This document shows positions 1 through 13,329 of a DNA stretch of 64,000 nt, piece after piece. The first letter of the stretch is position 1. Each line of letters starts with the position of its first letter. This stretch comes from Mobula hypostoma (taxonomy: Eukaryota), in assembly GCF_963921235.1 (NCBI RefSeq), contig NC_086104.1:4464001-4528000 (forward strand), in the 5' to 3' direction. The notes under the pieces are model-generated. The model did no database searches. It was given only the letters and a program-made list of their open reading frames with translations, and was not told the origin of the DNA. A program made the position numbers and the translations under genes.

Positions 1-3000
1 CCAACACAGACCCCTATGGAACACCACTAGTCACCAGCAGCCGACCAGCAAAGGCTCCCTTGACTCCCAGTCATTACCTCCTGCCAATCAGCCATCACTT
101 TATCCATGTTAGAATCTTTCTTGTAATACCATGGGCTCGTAGCTTGTAAAGCATCCTCATGTACGGCACCTTGTCAAAGGCCTTCTGAAGATGCAAGTAC
201 ACACATCAACCAATCTCCTTTGTTTATCCAGAATCTAGTGATCCTTGAAATATCATTACTAATTCCTCCACAATCACTTCAGCCACCTCTTTCAGAACCC
301 TGGGGTGTACACCATTTGGTCCAGGTGACTTATCTATCTTCAGACCTCTCTGATTCTGAAGAACCTTCTCCCTAGTAATGGTAACTTCACGGACTTCATG
401 ACCCCTGACACCTGGAACTTCCACTGTACCGTTAGTATCTTTCACAGTGAACACTGATGCAAAATACTTATTCAGTCCATCCACCATTTCCTCGTCCCTC
501 ATTACTACCTGTCCAGCATCTTTTTCCAGCGGTCCAATATACACTCTTGCATCTCTTTTACACTTCATGTATCCAAAGATACTTTTAGTATCCTCTTTAA
601 TATTATTGGCTGGCATACTTTCATATTCCATCTTCACCTTCTTAATGACTGTTTTAGTTGCCTTCTTTGGTATTTAAAAGCTTCCCAATCCTCTAACTGC
701 CCACTAATTTTTGCTCTGTTATATGCCCTCACTTTGGCCATTATGTTGTCAAATTTCAGGGTGAATTTGATCATTTTATAGTCACTTTCCCCTAAGGATT
801 CTTTTACCTTAAGTTGTCTCATCAATTCTGACTTATTGCACAATACCCAATCCAGAATAGCTGAATCCACATTGGGCTCAACCACGAGCTGCACTAAAAA
901 ACTACCCTGTAGGCATTTTAGCAATTCCCCCTCATGGAATCCTGCACCAAACCAGCCTGACTTTTCCAGTCTACCTGCATATTGAGGACCCCATGACTAT
1001 TGTAACATTGCCGTTCAGCATGCAGTTTATATCTGCTGTTGTAATTTGTAGGGCACGTCCTTCCTACTCTTTTGTGGTCTGTTATAAACCCCAACAGGAT
1101 CTGTTTGACCTTGCAGTTCCTTACCGCTATCCACAATGATGCAACACCTTTTGACCCTCTATCCCCTCTTTCTAATGATGTAATTTCACTTTTTACCAAC
1201 AGACCAATGCCACCCACTGTGCCTTCCTGCCTGTCCTTTTGATACAATTTGTATCCTTGGACATTAAACTCCCAGCTATAATCTTCTTTCAGCCATGATT
1301 CAGTGATGCCTACAACATCATACTTGCCAATCTGCAACTGTGCTACAAGTTTATCTACCTTATTCCGTATAAGGCGCACATGAAAATGTGACTCCTTAAG
1401 TCCTCTGTTCACCCTTTTAAATTTTGTCTGCCTTTTACGTTACAACTCATCCTGTTGACTGTAATTTTCCCCTATCATCAGCCTCTCTTCGCTAGGAGTC
1501 TCACCATACATTGCCTCTCTTTGTAAACCAACTACCTCATCTTCAGCACTGTCACTCCAGTTCCTATTACACTGCCATTAGCTTCGATCAATGCAGACAA
1601 GTCTAACCAAACTGCCCGCAAGGATAAATTGGGGAAAGGCAAATTATGAGGCTATAAGGCTAGAACTTGCGGGTGTGAATTGGGATGATGTTTTTGCAGG
1701 GAAATGTACCATGGACATGTGGTCGATGTTTAGAGATCTCTTGCGGGATGTAAGGGATAAATTTGTCCCGGTGAGGAAGATAAAGAATGGTAGGGTGAAG
1801 GAACCATGGGTGACAAGTGAGATGGAAAATCTAGTCAGGAGGAAGAAGGCACCGTACATGAGGTTTAGGAAGCAAGGATCAGATGGGTCTATTGAGGAAT
1901 ATAGGGAAGCAAGAAAGGAGCTTAAGAAGGGGCTGAGAAGAGCAAGAAGGGGGCATGAGAAGGCCTTGGCGAGTAGGGTAAAGGAAAACCCCAAGGCATT
2001 CTTCAATTATGTGAAGAAAAAAAGGATGACAGGAGTGAAGATAGGACCGATTAGAGATAAAGGTGGGAAGATGTGCCTGGAGGCTCTGGAAGTGAGCGAG
2101 GTCCTCAATGAATACTTCTCTTCGGTATTCACCAATGAAACGGAACTTGATGACGGTGAGGAGAATATGAGCGAGGTTGATGTTCTGGAGCATGCTGATA
2201 TTAAGGGAGAGGAGGTGTTGGAGTTGTTAAAATACATTAGGACAGATAAGTCCCCGGGGCCTGACGGAATATTCCCCAGGCTGCTCCACGAGGCGAGAGA
2301 AGAGATTGCTGAGCCTCTGGCTAGGATCTTTATGTCCTCGTTGTCCACGGGAATGATACCGGAGGATTGGAGGGAGGCGAATGTTGTTCCCTTGTTCAAA
2401 AAAGGTAGTAGAGATAGTCCGGGTAATTATAGACCAGTGGGCCTTACGTCTGTGGTGGGAAAGCTGTTGGAAAAGATTCTTAGAGATAGGATCTATAGGC
2501 ATTTAGAGAATCATGGTCTGATCAGGGACAGTCAGCATGGCTTTGTGAAGGGCAGATCATGTCTAACAAGCCTGATAAAGTTCTTTGAGGAGGTGACCAG
2601 GCATATAGATGAGGGTAGTTCAGTGGATGTGATCTATATGGATTTTAATAAGGCATTTGACAAGGTTCCACACGGTCGGCTTATTCAGAAAGTTAGAAGG
2701 CATGGGATCCAGGGAAGTTTGGCCAGGTGGATTCAGAATTGGCTTTCCTGCAGAAGGCAGAGGGTGGTCGTGGAGGGAGTACATTCAGATTGGAGGATTG
2801 TGACTAGTGGTGTCCCACAAGGATCTGTTCTGGGGCCTCTACTTTTCGTGATTTTTATTAACGACCTGGATGTGGGGGTAGAAGAGTGGGTTGGCAAGTT
2901 TGTAGATGACACAAAGGTTGGTGGTGTTGTAGATAGTGTAGAGGATTGTCAAAGATTGCAGAGAGACATTGATAGGATGCAGAAGTGGGCTGAGAAGTGG

Positions 3001-4870
3001 CAGATGGAGTTCAACCCAGAGAAGTGTGAGGTGATACACTTTGGAAGGACAAACTCCAAGGCAGAGTACAAAGTAAATGGCAGGATACTTGGTAGTGTGG
3101 AGGAGCAGAGGGATCTCGGGGTACATGTCCACAGATCCCTGAAAGTTGCCTCACAGGTGGATAGGGTAGTTAAGAAAGCTTATGGGGTGTTAGCTTTCAT
3201 AAGTCGAGGGATAGAGTTTAAGAGTCGCGATGTAATGATGCAGCTCTATAAAACTCTGGTTAGTCCACATTTGGAGTATTGTGTCCAGTTCTGGTCACCT
3301 CACTATAGGAAGGATGTGGAAGCATTGGAAAGGGTACAGAGGAGATTTACCAGGATGCTGCCTGGTTTAGAAAGTATGCATTATGATCAGAGATTAAGGG
3401 AGCTAGGGCGTTATTCTTTGGAGAGAAGGAGGATGAGAGGAGACATGATAGAGGTGTACAAGATAATAAGAGGAATAGATAGAGTGGATAGCCAGCGCCT
3501 CTTCCGCAGGGCACCACTGCTCAATACAAGAGGACATGGCTTTAAGGTAAGGGGTGGGAAGTTCAAGCGGGATATTAGAGGAAGGTTTTTTACTCAGAGA
3601 GTGGTTGATGCGTGGAATGCACTGCCTGAGTCAGTGGTGGAGGCAGATACACTAGTGAAGTTTAAGAGACTACTAGACAGGTATATGGAGGAATTTAAGG
3701 TAGGGGCTTATATGGGAGGCAGGGTTTGAGGGTCGGCACAACATTGTGGGCCGAAGGGCCTGTACTGTGCTGTACTATTCTATGTTCTATGTTCTATGTT
3801 CTATGATATTGGACCCCCTCGGGTTGAGTGTAAGCTGTCCCTTTTGTACAGGGAATACCTTGCCCAGAAGAGATCCCAGTAATCCATGAATCTGAAACCC
3901 TGCCCCATGCACCAGTTCCTCAGCCTTGCATTCACCTGCCAGATCATCCTATTCTTCCCTTCAGTGGCTTGTGGCACAGGTAGAAATCTAAAAGTACTGC
4001 CCTGGAGGTCCTGTTTCCCAGCTTTCTATCTAGCTCCCCAAAACCTTTCTTCAAGACCTCCTCACCTTGTCTACCTAAGTCATTGGTGCCAATATGTATC
4101 AAGACTTCTGACTGCTCACCCTCACCCTTGAGAATGCTGTGGGCATGATCCGAGCCATCCCTTATCCTGGCACCAGGGAGACAACGAACCGTCCCAGTGT
4201 CTCTATCGCGGCCACTGAACCTTGTCTCTGTTCCTCTGACTAAGGAATCTCCTATCAACACTGTAGTCCTCTTCACTCTCTGCTCTTCTGAGTCACAGCA
4301 CCAGACTCAGTGCCAGAGACCCGGTCACTGTGGCTCCCCCACCCCACCACCACGGTAGAATGCCCTGCTCAATTGTATCTAAATTTAAATACTTTTGAAC
4401 TGAACGGCCACAGGTGTACTCTGCAATGGCTGTGTATTTCCCCTCCTTCTCCTGACTGTCTCTCTGTTACCTGTCTCTTGCAAGCTAGGGGTGACTCCTG
4501 TCTGTCACCTCCTCATTCTCCCGTATCAGTGGAAGGTCACTGAGCTGCAGCTCCAGTTCCTTAATATATTCTCTCAGGAGCTGCAGCTCAGTGCACCTGG
4601 TGCAGGTGTGTTAATCCAGGTGATTGGAGACTTCCCATATTCTGCCTGCATACAAAACCCAGATCTTGGAGCCATTTTCACCATACTATGCACTAATAGA
4701 TGAGGAATAAAGAAATAAAAACAGAGAGAAAGTAATTTACAAGACAATCTACATCAGCAAAACCTGATCTCGCCTAAGCCTGATGAGCCAAGGCCACTCC
4801 AGAACAATAACCACTTCAAGAATAGCTGCTCTGCTTACATCTGGATGAATTATATTCCCACTTTCTAATG
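1..4870 (-). mobile_element. Old CR1 LINE (ORF1 with SGNH/GDSL esterase, APE endonuclease and RT fragments), split by a younger CR1
   Basis: ORF1 N-terminal Cys region about 4480-4680; esterase IGDSLVRG..HIGTNDL at 3944-4276; EN VGITESWL at 918-1412; RT-proximal KSPGPNGVHPRVLKE at 224-637; many stops and frameshifts. Confidence 0.85.
1620..3806 (+). mobile_element. Young 5'-truncated CR1 LINE (subfamily with (ctatgtt)n tail) with a 712-aa open RT frame
   Basis: ORF 1591-3729 with QHGF, GVPQGSVLGP and FVDD (FADD variant); 3' UTR and ctatgtt repeats at 3770-3806. Host CR1 reads continuously across the insertion (aaggata|ttggacc). Confidence 0.93.
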
Positions 4871-4959
4871 AAAGCTTCTTGCAGATTGGTTGCTCCTCAA
4901 CACAGAGACTCTGCCACAAAACTCTGCCTTAGAAATCTGGAACATCGGCCTGATTAAGG

Positions 4960-5740
4960 CCATAAGACATACGAGCAGAATTAGCAGCATGACTTCTGCT
5001 ACCTTATCTGCCCTTTCTTTGGCTTTTACACAGTTTAAAAAGTAGCTCTTTTCACACACCCCTTGTGTGGATTGCCTAACTCAGTGAAACCTGGCTCGAC
5101 ACTCTGCCATTTATCCGATAGTATTCAATGTGATTCCACCTCATTCTCCTAAATTCCAGCAAGTACAGGCTCAGAACCATCAAACTCTCATCATCTGATA
5201 ATCATTTCTTTTCTTTTCGTGAGCCTCCTTTGAACCCTCTCCAATGCCAGCACATCCTTTCTGACATAAGGAACACAAAACCACTCACAATACTCTGAGT
5301 GCGGCCCCAGCATAACTTCCTTGCTTTTTCATTCCAGTCCTCGCATTTGCCTTCCTCACCACAGACTCAAACTTCCTAATCTGTTAGTCCTTTTGCATAC
5401 TGTCTGCTTCCCCAGCACTCCTTAGTCCTCCACCTGTCTTTGTATTGTCCACAAAACTGGTCACAAGACCATCAATTCTATCATCCAAACCATTGCCATA
5501 CGACATACGGAAAAGTGGTCCCAATACTGACCTCTCCGGTACACAGCTAGTCACTGGCAGCTAATGCTCTATTCATGCTAATAATTATCCCACGGGCTCT
5601 TATCTTGTTAATCAGCCTCATGTGTGGCACCTTGTCAAAGGCCTTCTGAAAATCCAAGTGCACAACATCAACCGATTCTCCAATATCTATCCTGCTTGTT
5701 ATTTCTTCGAAGAATTCCAACAGACTTGTCAGGCGAGATC
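4960..5740 (-). mobile_element. Decayed CR1 RT/3' fragment
   Basis: LDFQKAFDKVPH at 5547-5807; degenerate 3' region; same host continues at 9350-10830. Confidence 0.7.
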
Positions 5741-8700
5741 CTGCCTCCAGCCCTACCAGGGACAAGTTGCTGTGGTGGTGTCTCTGGCACCGAGATGGGA
5801 CCCTCAACTCAGAAGGGAAGGAGGGAAAAGAGGAGAGCAGTAGTGATAGGGGATTCGATAGTTAGGGGGACAGATAACAGGTTCTGTGGAAGAGATCGAG
5901 AATCCCGGATGGTCTGTTGCCTCCCTGGTGCCAAGGTCCATGATATCTTGGATCGAGTACTCGGTATTCTCAAGAGGGAGGGTGAGCAGCCAGATGTTGT
6001 GGTCCATGTAGGGACCAATGACATGGGTAGGAGGAGTGAGGAGGACCTGAAAGGAGAGCTTAGGGAGTTAGAAGCCAAGTTAAAGGACAGAACCTCCGGG
6101 ATAGCAATCTCAGGATTGCTACCAGTGCCACGTGCAGGCAGGTTTAGAAATAGTAAGATAGCGCAGATTAACACGTGGCTGAAAACATGGTGCAGGAGGG
6201 AGGGCTTCAGATTTATAGATAATTGGGCAGTTTTCCAGAGAAGGTGGGACCTGTTCTGGCGGGACGATCTACATCTGAACTGGAGGGGGACAAATATCCT
6301 TGCAGGTAGATTTGCTAGAAAGGCTCCGGTGGATTTCAACTAGATACGAGAGTGGAGGGGAACCAGAGTGTGGGAACAGATGTAGGGAAGAAGGAAGAAA
6401 AAGAAAATAGAAAAGTTGTTTTCACCATTAGTGATAAACAGAGCGTAAGATGGAAAATTTCTTAAATGTATTTATTTTAATGCTAGGAGCATTATAAGAA
6501 AGGTGGATGACCTTAAATCATGGATTTATACGTGGAAGTATGATGTGGTAGCTATTAGTGAAACATGGTAACAGGAGGGGTGTGATTGGCAACTAAATAT
6601 TCCTGAATTTAATTACTTCAGGTGTGATAGAATCGGAGGAACAAGAGGGGGTGGTGTTGCATTGCTTGTCAGACAAAATTTTACAGCGGAGCTCTGGCAG
6701 GATAGGTTAGTGGGCTCGTCTAGGGAAGCTATCTGGGTGGAATTAAGGAATGGGAAAGGTGTCGTAACTCTTAAGGGGGTGTATTATAGACCACCAAATG
6801 GGGAGTGAGAATTGGAGGAGCAAATTTGTAAGAAGATAGCAGATATTTGTAGTAAGCACAAGGTTGTGATTGTGGGAGATTTTAATTTTCCACACATAGA
6901 CTGGGAAGCTCATACTGTAAAAGGGCTAGATGGTTTGGAGTTTGTAAAATGTGTGCAGGATAGTTTTTTGCAGCAATACATAGAGGTGCCAACTAGAGAA
7001 GGGGCAATGTTGGATCTCCTGTTAGGGAATGAGATAGGTCAGGTTACGGAGGTTTGTGTTGGGGAGCACTTCGGGTCCAGTGATCACAATGCTATTAGTT
7101 TCAATATAACTATGGAGAAGGATAGGTCTGGACCCAGGGTTGAGATTTTTGATTGGAGAAAGACTAACTTTGAGGAGATGCAAAAGAATTTAGAAGGAGT
7201 GGATTGGGACAATTTGTTTGATGGGAAGAATGTAACAGAGAAATGGAGGCCATTTGAAGGAGAAATTTTGAGAGTACAGAATCTTTATGTTCCTGTTAGG
7301 TTGAAAGGAAAGGTTATAAGTTTGAGAGAGCCATGGTTTTCAAGGGATATTGGAAACTTGGTTCGGAAAAAGAGAGATATCTACAATAAGTATAGGCAGC
7401 ATGGAGAATATGAGGTGCTCGAGGAATATAAAGAATGTAAAAAGAATCTTAAGAAAGAAATCAGAAAAGCTAAAAGAAGGAATGAGTTTGCTTTGGCAGG
7501 TAAGGTGTAAATAAATCCAAAGGGTTTCTACAGTTATATTAATAGCAAAAGGATGGTGAGGTGAGGGATAAAATTGGTCCCTTAGAGAATCAGAGTGGAC
7601 AGCTATGTGTGGAACCAAAAGAGATGGGGGAGATTCTGAACAATTTCTTTTCTTCGGTATTCACCAAGGAGAAGGATATTGAATTGAGTAAGGTAAGAGA
7701 AACATTAGGGAAGTTATGGAAACTATGATGATTAAAGAAGAGGAAATACTGGAGCTTTTAAGGAATATAAAAGTGGATAAGTCTCCGGGTCCTGTCAGGA
7801 TATTCCCTAGGACCTTGAGGGAAGTTAGTGTGGAAATAGCAGCGGCTCTGACAGAAATATTTCAAATGTCATTAGAAACGGGCATGGTGCCGGAGGATTG
7901 GCGTATTGCTCATGCTGTTCCATAGTTTAAAAAGGGTTCTAAGAGTAAACCTAGCAATTATCGGCCTGTGAGTTTGGCGTCAGTGGTGGGTAAATTGATG
8001 GAAAGTATTCTTAGTGATGGTATATATAATCATCTGGATAGACAGTGTCTGATTACGAACAGTCAACATGGATTTGTGCATGGAAGGTCATGTTTGACAA
8101 ATCTTATTGAATTTTTTGAAGAGGTTACTAGGAAAGTTGACGAGGGTAAAGCAGTGGATGTTGTCTATATGGACTTCAGTAAGGTCTTTGACAAGGTCCC
8201 ACATGGAAGGTTGGTTAGGAAGGTTCAATCGTTAGATATTAATATTGAAGTAGTAAAATTGATTCAGCAGTGGCTGGATGGGAGATGCCAGAGAGTGGTG
8301 GTGGATAACTGTTTGTCAGATTGGAGGTCGGTGACTAGTGGTGTGCCTCAGGGGTCTGTACTGGGTACAATGTTATTTGTCATATACATTAATGATCTGG
8401 ATGATGGGGTGGTAAATTGGATGAGTAAGTATGCAGATGATACTAAGCTAGGTGGAGTTGTGGATAGTGAAGTCGATTTTCAAAGCTTGCAGAGCGATTT
8501 AGGCTGGTTAGAAGAGTGGGTGGAAAGATGGCAGATGGAGTTTAATGCTGATAAATGTGAGGTGTTAGGTTTTGGTAGGACTAATCAAAATAGGACATAC
8601 ATGGTAAATGGTAGGGCATTGAAGAATGCAGTAAAGCAGAGGGATCTAGGAATAATCGTGCATAGTTTCCTGAAGGTGGAATCTCATGTGGATAGGGTGG

Positions 8701-9347
8701 TGAAGAAAGCTTTTGGTATGCTGGCCTTTATAAATCAGAGCATTGAGTATAGGAGTTGGGATGTAATGTTAAAATTGTACAAGGTGTTGGTGAGGCCAAA
8801 TTTGGAGTATTGTGTACAGCTTTGGTCACCAAATTCTAGGAAAGATGTCAACAAAATAGGGAGAGTGCAGAGAAGATTTACTAGAATGTTACCTGGGTTT
8901 CATCACCTAAGTTACAGAGAATGGTTGAACAAGTTGGGTCTTTATTCTTTGGAATGTAGAAGGTTGAGGGGGTACTTGATAGAGGTATTTAAAATTATGA
9001 GGGGGATAGATAGAGTTGACGTGGATAGGCTTTTTCCATTGAGAGTGGGGGAGATTCAAATAAGAGGGCATAAGTTGAAACTTAAAGGGCAAAAGTCTAG
9101 GGGTAACATGAGGGGGAACTTCTTTACTCTGAGAGTGGTAGCTGTGTGGAACGAGCTTCCAGTAGAAGTGGTTGAGGCAGGTTTGATGTTGTCGTTCAAA
9201 GTTAAATTGGATAGATATATGGACAGGAAAGGAAGGGAGGGTTATGGGCTGAGTGCAGGTCAGTGGGACTAGGTGAGAGTAAGAGTTCGGCACGGACTAG
9301 AAGGGCTGAGATGGCCCGTTTATGTGCTGTAATTGTTATATGGTTAT
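5740..9347 (+). mobile_element. CR1 LINE (subfamily with ttatatgg tail), ORF1 esterase through RT, multiple lesions
   Basis: VIGDSIVRG/HVGTNDM esterase at 5800-6343; EN at 6460-7510; RT 7968-9272 with YADD; tail ctgtaattgttatatggttata ending about 9347. Confidence 0.92.
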
Positions 9348-9349
9348 AG

Positions 9350-10830
9350 GATGGAGTGACATTGCAATTCTCCAATCCTTCAGAACCAAGGCAGAATTTA
9401 GTGATTTGTGAAAGATCATTGCTAATTCCCCACAATCTCTGTCGCTGCCTCTTTCATAATCCTGGGGTGTACTCCATCTGGTCCAGGTGACTTATCTACA
9501 TTCAGACCTTTCAGCTTCCCAAACTCCTTCTCCCTAGTAATAGCAATTGCACCCACTTCTGCCCTCCGACACTCTGAAATGTCTGGCTTACTTCTCATGT
9601 CTTCCACAATGCAGAGAAATATAACATCATAAGCTGGTCTCTCACTCTTCTTGTTGTAGGAGCGACCTCTCTCTCCCTCGCGAGCGAGAGAGAGCCTGCC
9701 TAAGATACTGAAATGCTGGGATGGACTCAAGATCAAGGTCTTTTTGGGGGACTTTTGCTATTGCTTGCGTGGGGTGGGGGGAGAGGACTGGTGCAAGTGT
9801 GTTGATGCTTTTTGCTTGGAGGGGGAGTGGGGCCTTCAGGGTTCTGATGTTTCTTTCATTCATTCTTTGGGTTTTTTTCCTGTTTTGTGGATGTTTGTGA
9901 AGAGTAAGCAATTCAGGTTATACACATTCACTGATATTAAAATGAATGTTGAACCATTGATATGATTGATGATCTGAACTTCATGTTTCATCCTTGTCTT
10001 CCTTATAGCAACTTAGTTGCCTTCGGTTGGTTTTCGAATGCTTCCCAATTCCCTAACTTCCCACCTACATCTGTTCTATTATATGCCCTCTATTTTGCTT
10101 TTATGTTGGCTTTGACTTCCCTTGTCAGCCATGGTTGTGCCATCCGGCCTTTAGAATACTACCTCTTAGGGATGTATCAATCCTGTGCCTTCTGAATTGC
10201 TCCCAGAAACTCCAGCAATTGCTGTCTTACCTGACAATCAACTTTGGCCAGCTCCTCCTTCATACCTCTGTAATCCCCTTTCCTGATACATCTGACTTTA
10301 TCTTCACCCTCTCACGCTGCAGGATGAATTTTATCATATTAGGATCACTGCCTCCTAAGGCCCCCTTTACCTTAAGCTCCCTAATCGAAGCAGGTTCATT
10401 ACTCAACACCCAATGCAGAACAGTCTTTTCCCTCGTGTGCTCAACCACAAGCTGTTCAAAAAGCCATTTCATAGGCATTCTACAAATTGACTATCTTGGT
10501 ATCCAGCACCAACTTGATTTTCCCAGTCTACCTGCATATTGAACTCTGCCTTCACCATTGTAACATTGCCCCTTTTATATGCCTTTTCTGTCTCCCATAA
10601 CTTGTATCCCACATCCTGGCTGCTGTTCGGAGGCCTGTATCAGGTCCATCAGTGTCTTTTCACTCTTGGGGTTTCTTAACTTTTCTCACAAGGAATCTAT
10701 GTCTTCTGATCCTATTTTCTAAGGATTTGATTTCAATTTTTTACAAATAGAGCCACCCTGCTCCTCTGCCTACCTGCTGTCCTTTCAATACACTGTGTAC
10801 ATGTGTACCCCGATTTAGACCATTCAGCCT
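9350..10830 (-). mobile_element. Decayed CR1 EN/linker fragments with an unassigned LINE 3' tail inserted at about 9650-9960
   Basis: KSPGPDGVHPRI at 9422-9736; LHWVLSNEP..SDPNMI at 10260-10478. Confidence 0.7.
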
Positions 10831-11004
10831 GAACTGTAAATCCTTAGAGTTCGGAGATTGAGCTCCAAACTCCGACGCCCTGAGCTGTGATAACTTTGTG
10901 ATAAGATTACACTACCTGACACAATTGATCCCTGGGATTCAGTTTTGATCTCCGACACTACGCACTGTGATAACGCTGTGCTGATGTCTACACTAAACAA
11001 TGTA

Positions 11005-11755
11005 ATTGAACCAAAAAGTTCTATTTTAACTTCTTCAGTCCACAGGACTTGTTTCCAAAATGCATCAGGCTTGTTTGGACGTCCCTTTGAACCCTTTGAA
11101 TAGAACTTTTTGGCCGCAATGAGCAAAGGTATGTTTGGAGAAAAAAGCCTGCATAATTTCATGTAAAGATCACCTCTCCAACTGTTAAGCACGGGGGTAG
11201 ATCGATCATGCTTTGGGCTTGTGTTGCAGCCAGTGGCACAGGGAACATTTACTGGTAGAGGGAAAAATGAATTCAATTAAATACCAGCAAATTCTGGAAG
11301 CAAACATCACACCATCTGTAAAAAAGCCAAAGATGAAAAAAGGATGGCTTCTACAACAAGATAATCATCCTAAACACACCTCAAAATCCACAATAGACTA
11401 CCTCAAGAGGCGCAAGCTGAAGGTTTTGCCATGGCCCTCATAGACCCTGAAACTGTGGATAGACCACAAAAAGAGCAGTGCATGCAAGACGGCCCAAGAA
11501 TCTCACAGAACAAGAAACCTTTTGCAAGGAAGAATGGGCGAAAATCCCCCAAACAAGAATTGAAAGACTCTTAGCTGGCCACAGAAAGAGTTTACAAGCT
11601 GTGATACTTGCCAAAGGGGGTATTACTAAGTACTGACTATGCAGGGTGCCCAAACTTTTGCTTTGGGCCCTTTTCCTTTTTTGTTATTTTGAAACTGTAA
11701 AAGATGGAAATAAAGAAGTTTTCTTGCTTAAACTATTAAAGAAATGTGTCAAGTG
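11005..11755 (+). mobile_element. Tc1-family transposase pseudogene, 3' part, with a short inverted 5' piece
   Basis: Plus strand IELFG..QQDNHPKH..LPWPS..EEWAKIP..AKGGITKY-stop; minus strand 11005-11100 FWKQVLWTEEVKIELFG. Confidence 0.85.
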
Positions 11756-11899
11756 TCTTTTAAAAGTTGTTATTGTACCTGTCTCAACCACTTTGTCTGG
11801 CAGCTCTTTCCACATAGATACCATCATATTTTGTAAGGAAGTTGCAACACAAATTTTAATCAAATCTCTCCTCCCTGCCAGTTCAAATTGCACAACTCT

Positions 11900-12490
11900 C
11901 GGAAAAAGACTGAGTGACTGAGGCTTTATAAGGCATTGGCCAGACCACACTTGGAGCATTGCAAGCAGTTCTGGGTCCCTCATCTTAGAAAGGATGTGTT
12001 GGAAATGGAAGGGTCCGGAGGAGATTCACAAGAATGATTCCGGGAGTGCTTGATGGCTGTGGGTCTATAGCCACTGGAGTTCAGAAGAATGAGCAGGGAT
12101 CTCATTGAAACTTATCGAATATTGAAAGGCCGAGATACAGTCGGCGTGGAGAGGATGTTTCCAATAATGTGCGAGTATTGGAGGAGAGAGCACAGCCTTA
12201 GAATAGTTTTATCCCTTTAGAACAAAAATGACAAGAAGTTTCTTTAGCCAATGAATGGCAAAACTGTGGAATTCATTGGCATAGATGGCTGTGACTCTAA
12301 GCCATTGGGTATATTTATAGTGGAGGTTGATAAGTTTTGATTAGTTTGGATGTTAAACATTACACAGAGAAGGGAGAAGAATAGGGCTGAATGGGATTGT
12401 AAATCAGTCGTAATGAAAAAGCATATTTGACTCAATAGGCCAAGTGGCCCAATTCTGCTCCTGTGGTTTTCTGTACCTACCCGATCCATG
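11900..12490 (+). mobile_element. CR1 3' fragment, decayed
   Basis: HLEHCKQFW-like and RRFTR motifs followed by a CR1-type 3' UTR. Confidence 0.7.
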
Positions 12491-12937
12491 CTTCTCTTTC
12501 AGATCACCCTTCAGTTTCCTGCGATTTAATGAATAAAGTCCAACTTCTCTCTATACCTCAGTCCCTCAAGTATTGTCAGCCGTCTCTCATGGTTCCAATG
12601 TGACAAAAATGCCTGAAGAATGTGCTCCCAGATTTTGATGAGAGCAGAGCTCAGGAGATTAATCTTAATTTCCCCAAGAATTCTGCAACATCCAGACTTT
12701 GTTACGCTGCTCAAAAAGTTGCAGGTTCTTGCTACTCTCTCTCTCACTCATTTCTAGGTGCATGGCACACTTTGCACTGAGTACCTAGTAGACCTGGAAT
12801 TTCTAGACCACACCCTGGAGAAGTTCAAAGTTCAAAGTTCTCTGTTCAGATGGAGAGTAGCAGGTGTCCCAAAACTGCTGCACATTCCATTTTCCCAATT
12901 TCACCTGATTTTTCCCCATTCTCCTCCACCACTACAT

Positions 12938-13076
12938 GTCAAAGAAGATTGGAAGTACGTTGCCATGGTGATTGACCGGATCTTTCTCTGGATATTCGTC
13001 ATTGCTTGCCTGTTGTTAGCCATTGGACTCTTCCTGTGGACTCTTCCTGCCCCCGTGGCTGGCTGGAATTATCTGA
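12938..13076 (+). pseudogene. CHRNA4: Last exon (TM4) of a neuronal nicotinic acetylcholine receptor alpha2/alpha4-type gene, disrupted
   Basis: Reads [33 protein letters not shown]. Removing one copy of the 13-bp tandem duplication tggactcttcctg (13024-13036/13037-13049) restores [12 protein letters not shown]-stop (TGA 13074-13076), matching the CHRNA4/CHRNA2 C-terminus. The pyrimidine tract ends in CAT rather than CAG. Symbol is tentative (alpha4 vs alpha2). Confidence 0.8.
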
Positions 13077-13240
13077 AGGTGGGAGGACAGTGGAGCCAGG
13101 ATCACACACTGCAACTGACCCTGACTACCGTGACCCAGTTCTCCGAGGCAGGGGGTACCTGTGCTCCCACGCACTGAACACCAGGACCACTCTCTACACC
13201 CAGCTGTTACCAATGCTGCATTTTAATGAAAATAGATATT

Positions 13241-13246
13241 AATAAA
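13241..13246 (+). promoter_or_regulatory. Polyadenylation signal downstream of the CHRNA-like exon
   Basis: AATAAA about 165 nt after the restored stop, in AT-rich unique sequence. Confidence 0.45.
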
Positions 13247-13329
13247 AATATTATTTAATATTTTGGATTTATGGTGGCTCGGTAAAATTTTCATCATTGG
13301 GTTGATGTTTCTTCAATGAAATGGAATAT

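Noticed and set aside
1644-2502. Recurrent antisense ORFs such as MKNALGFS and MPPKWITSHL (also at 32175, 55841, 60090)
   Set aside because: Shadow frames of CR1 ORF2 repeated with each copy.
4780-4810. CTGATGA as another hammerhead
   Set aside because: No GAAA or cleavage triplet follows the hairpin.
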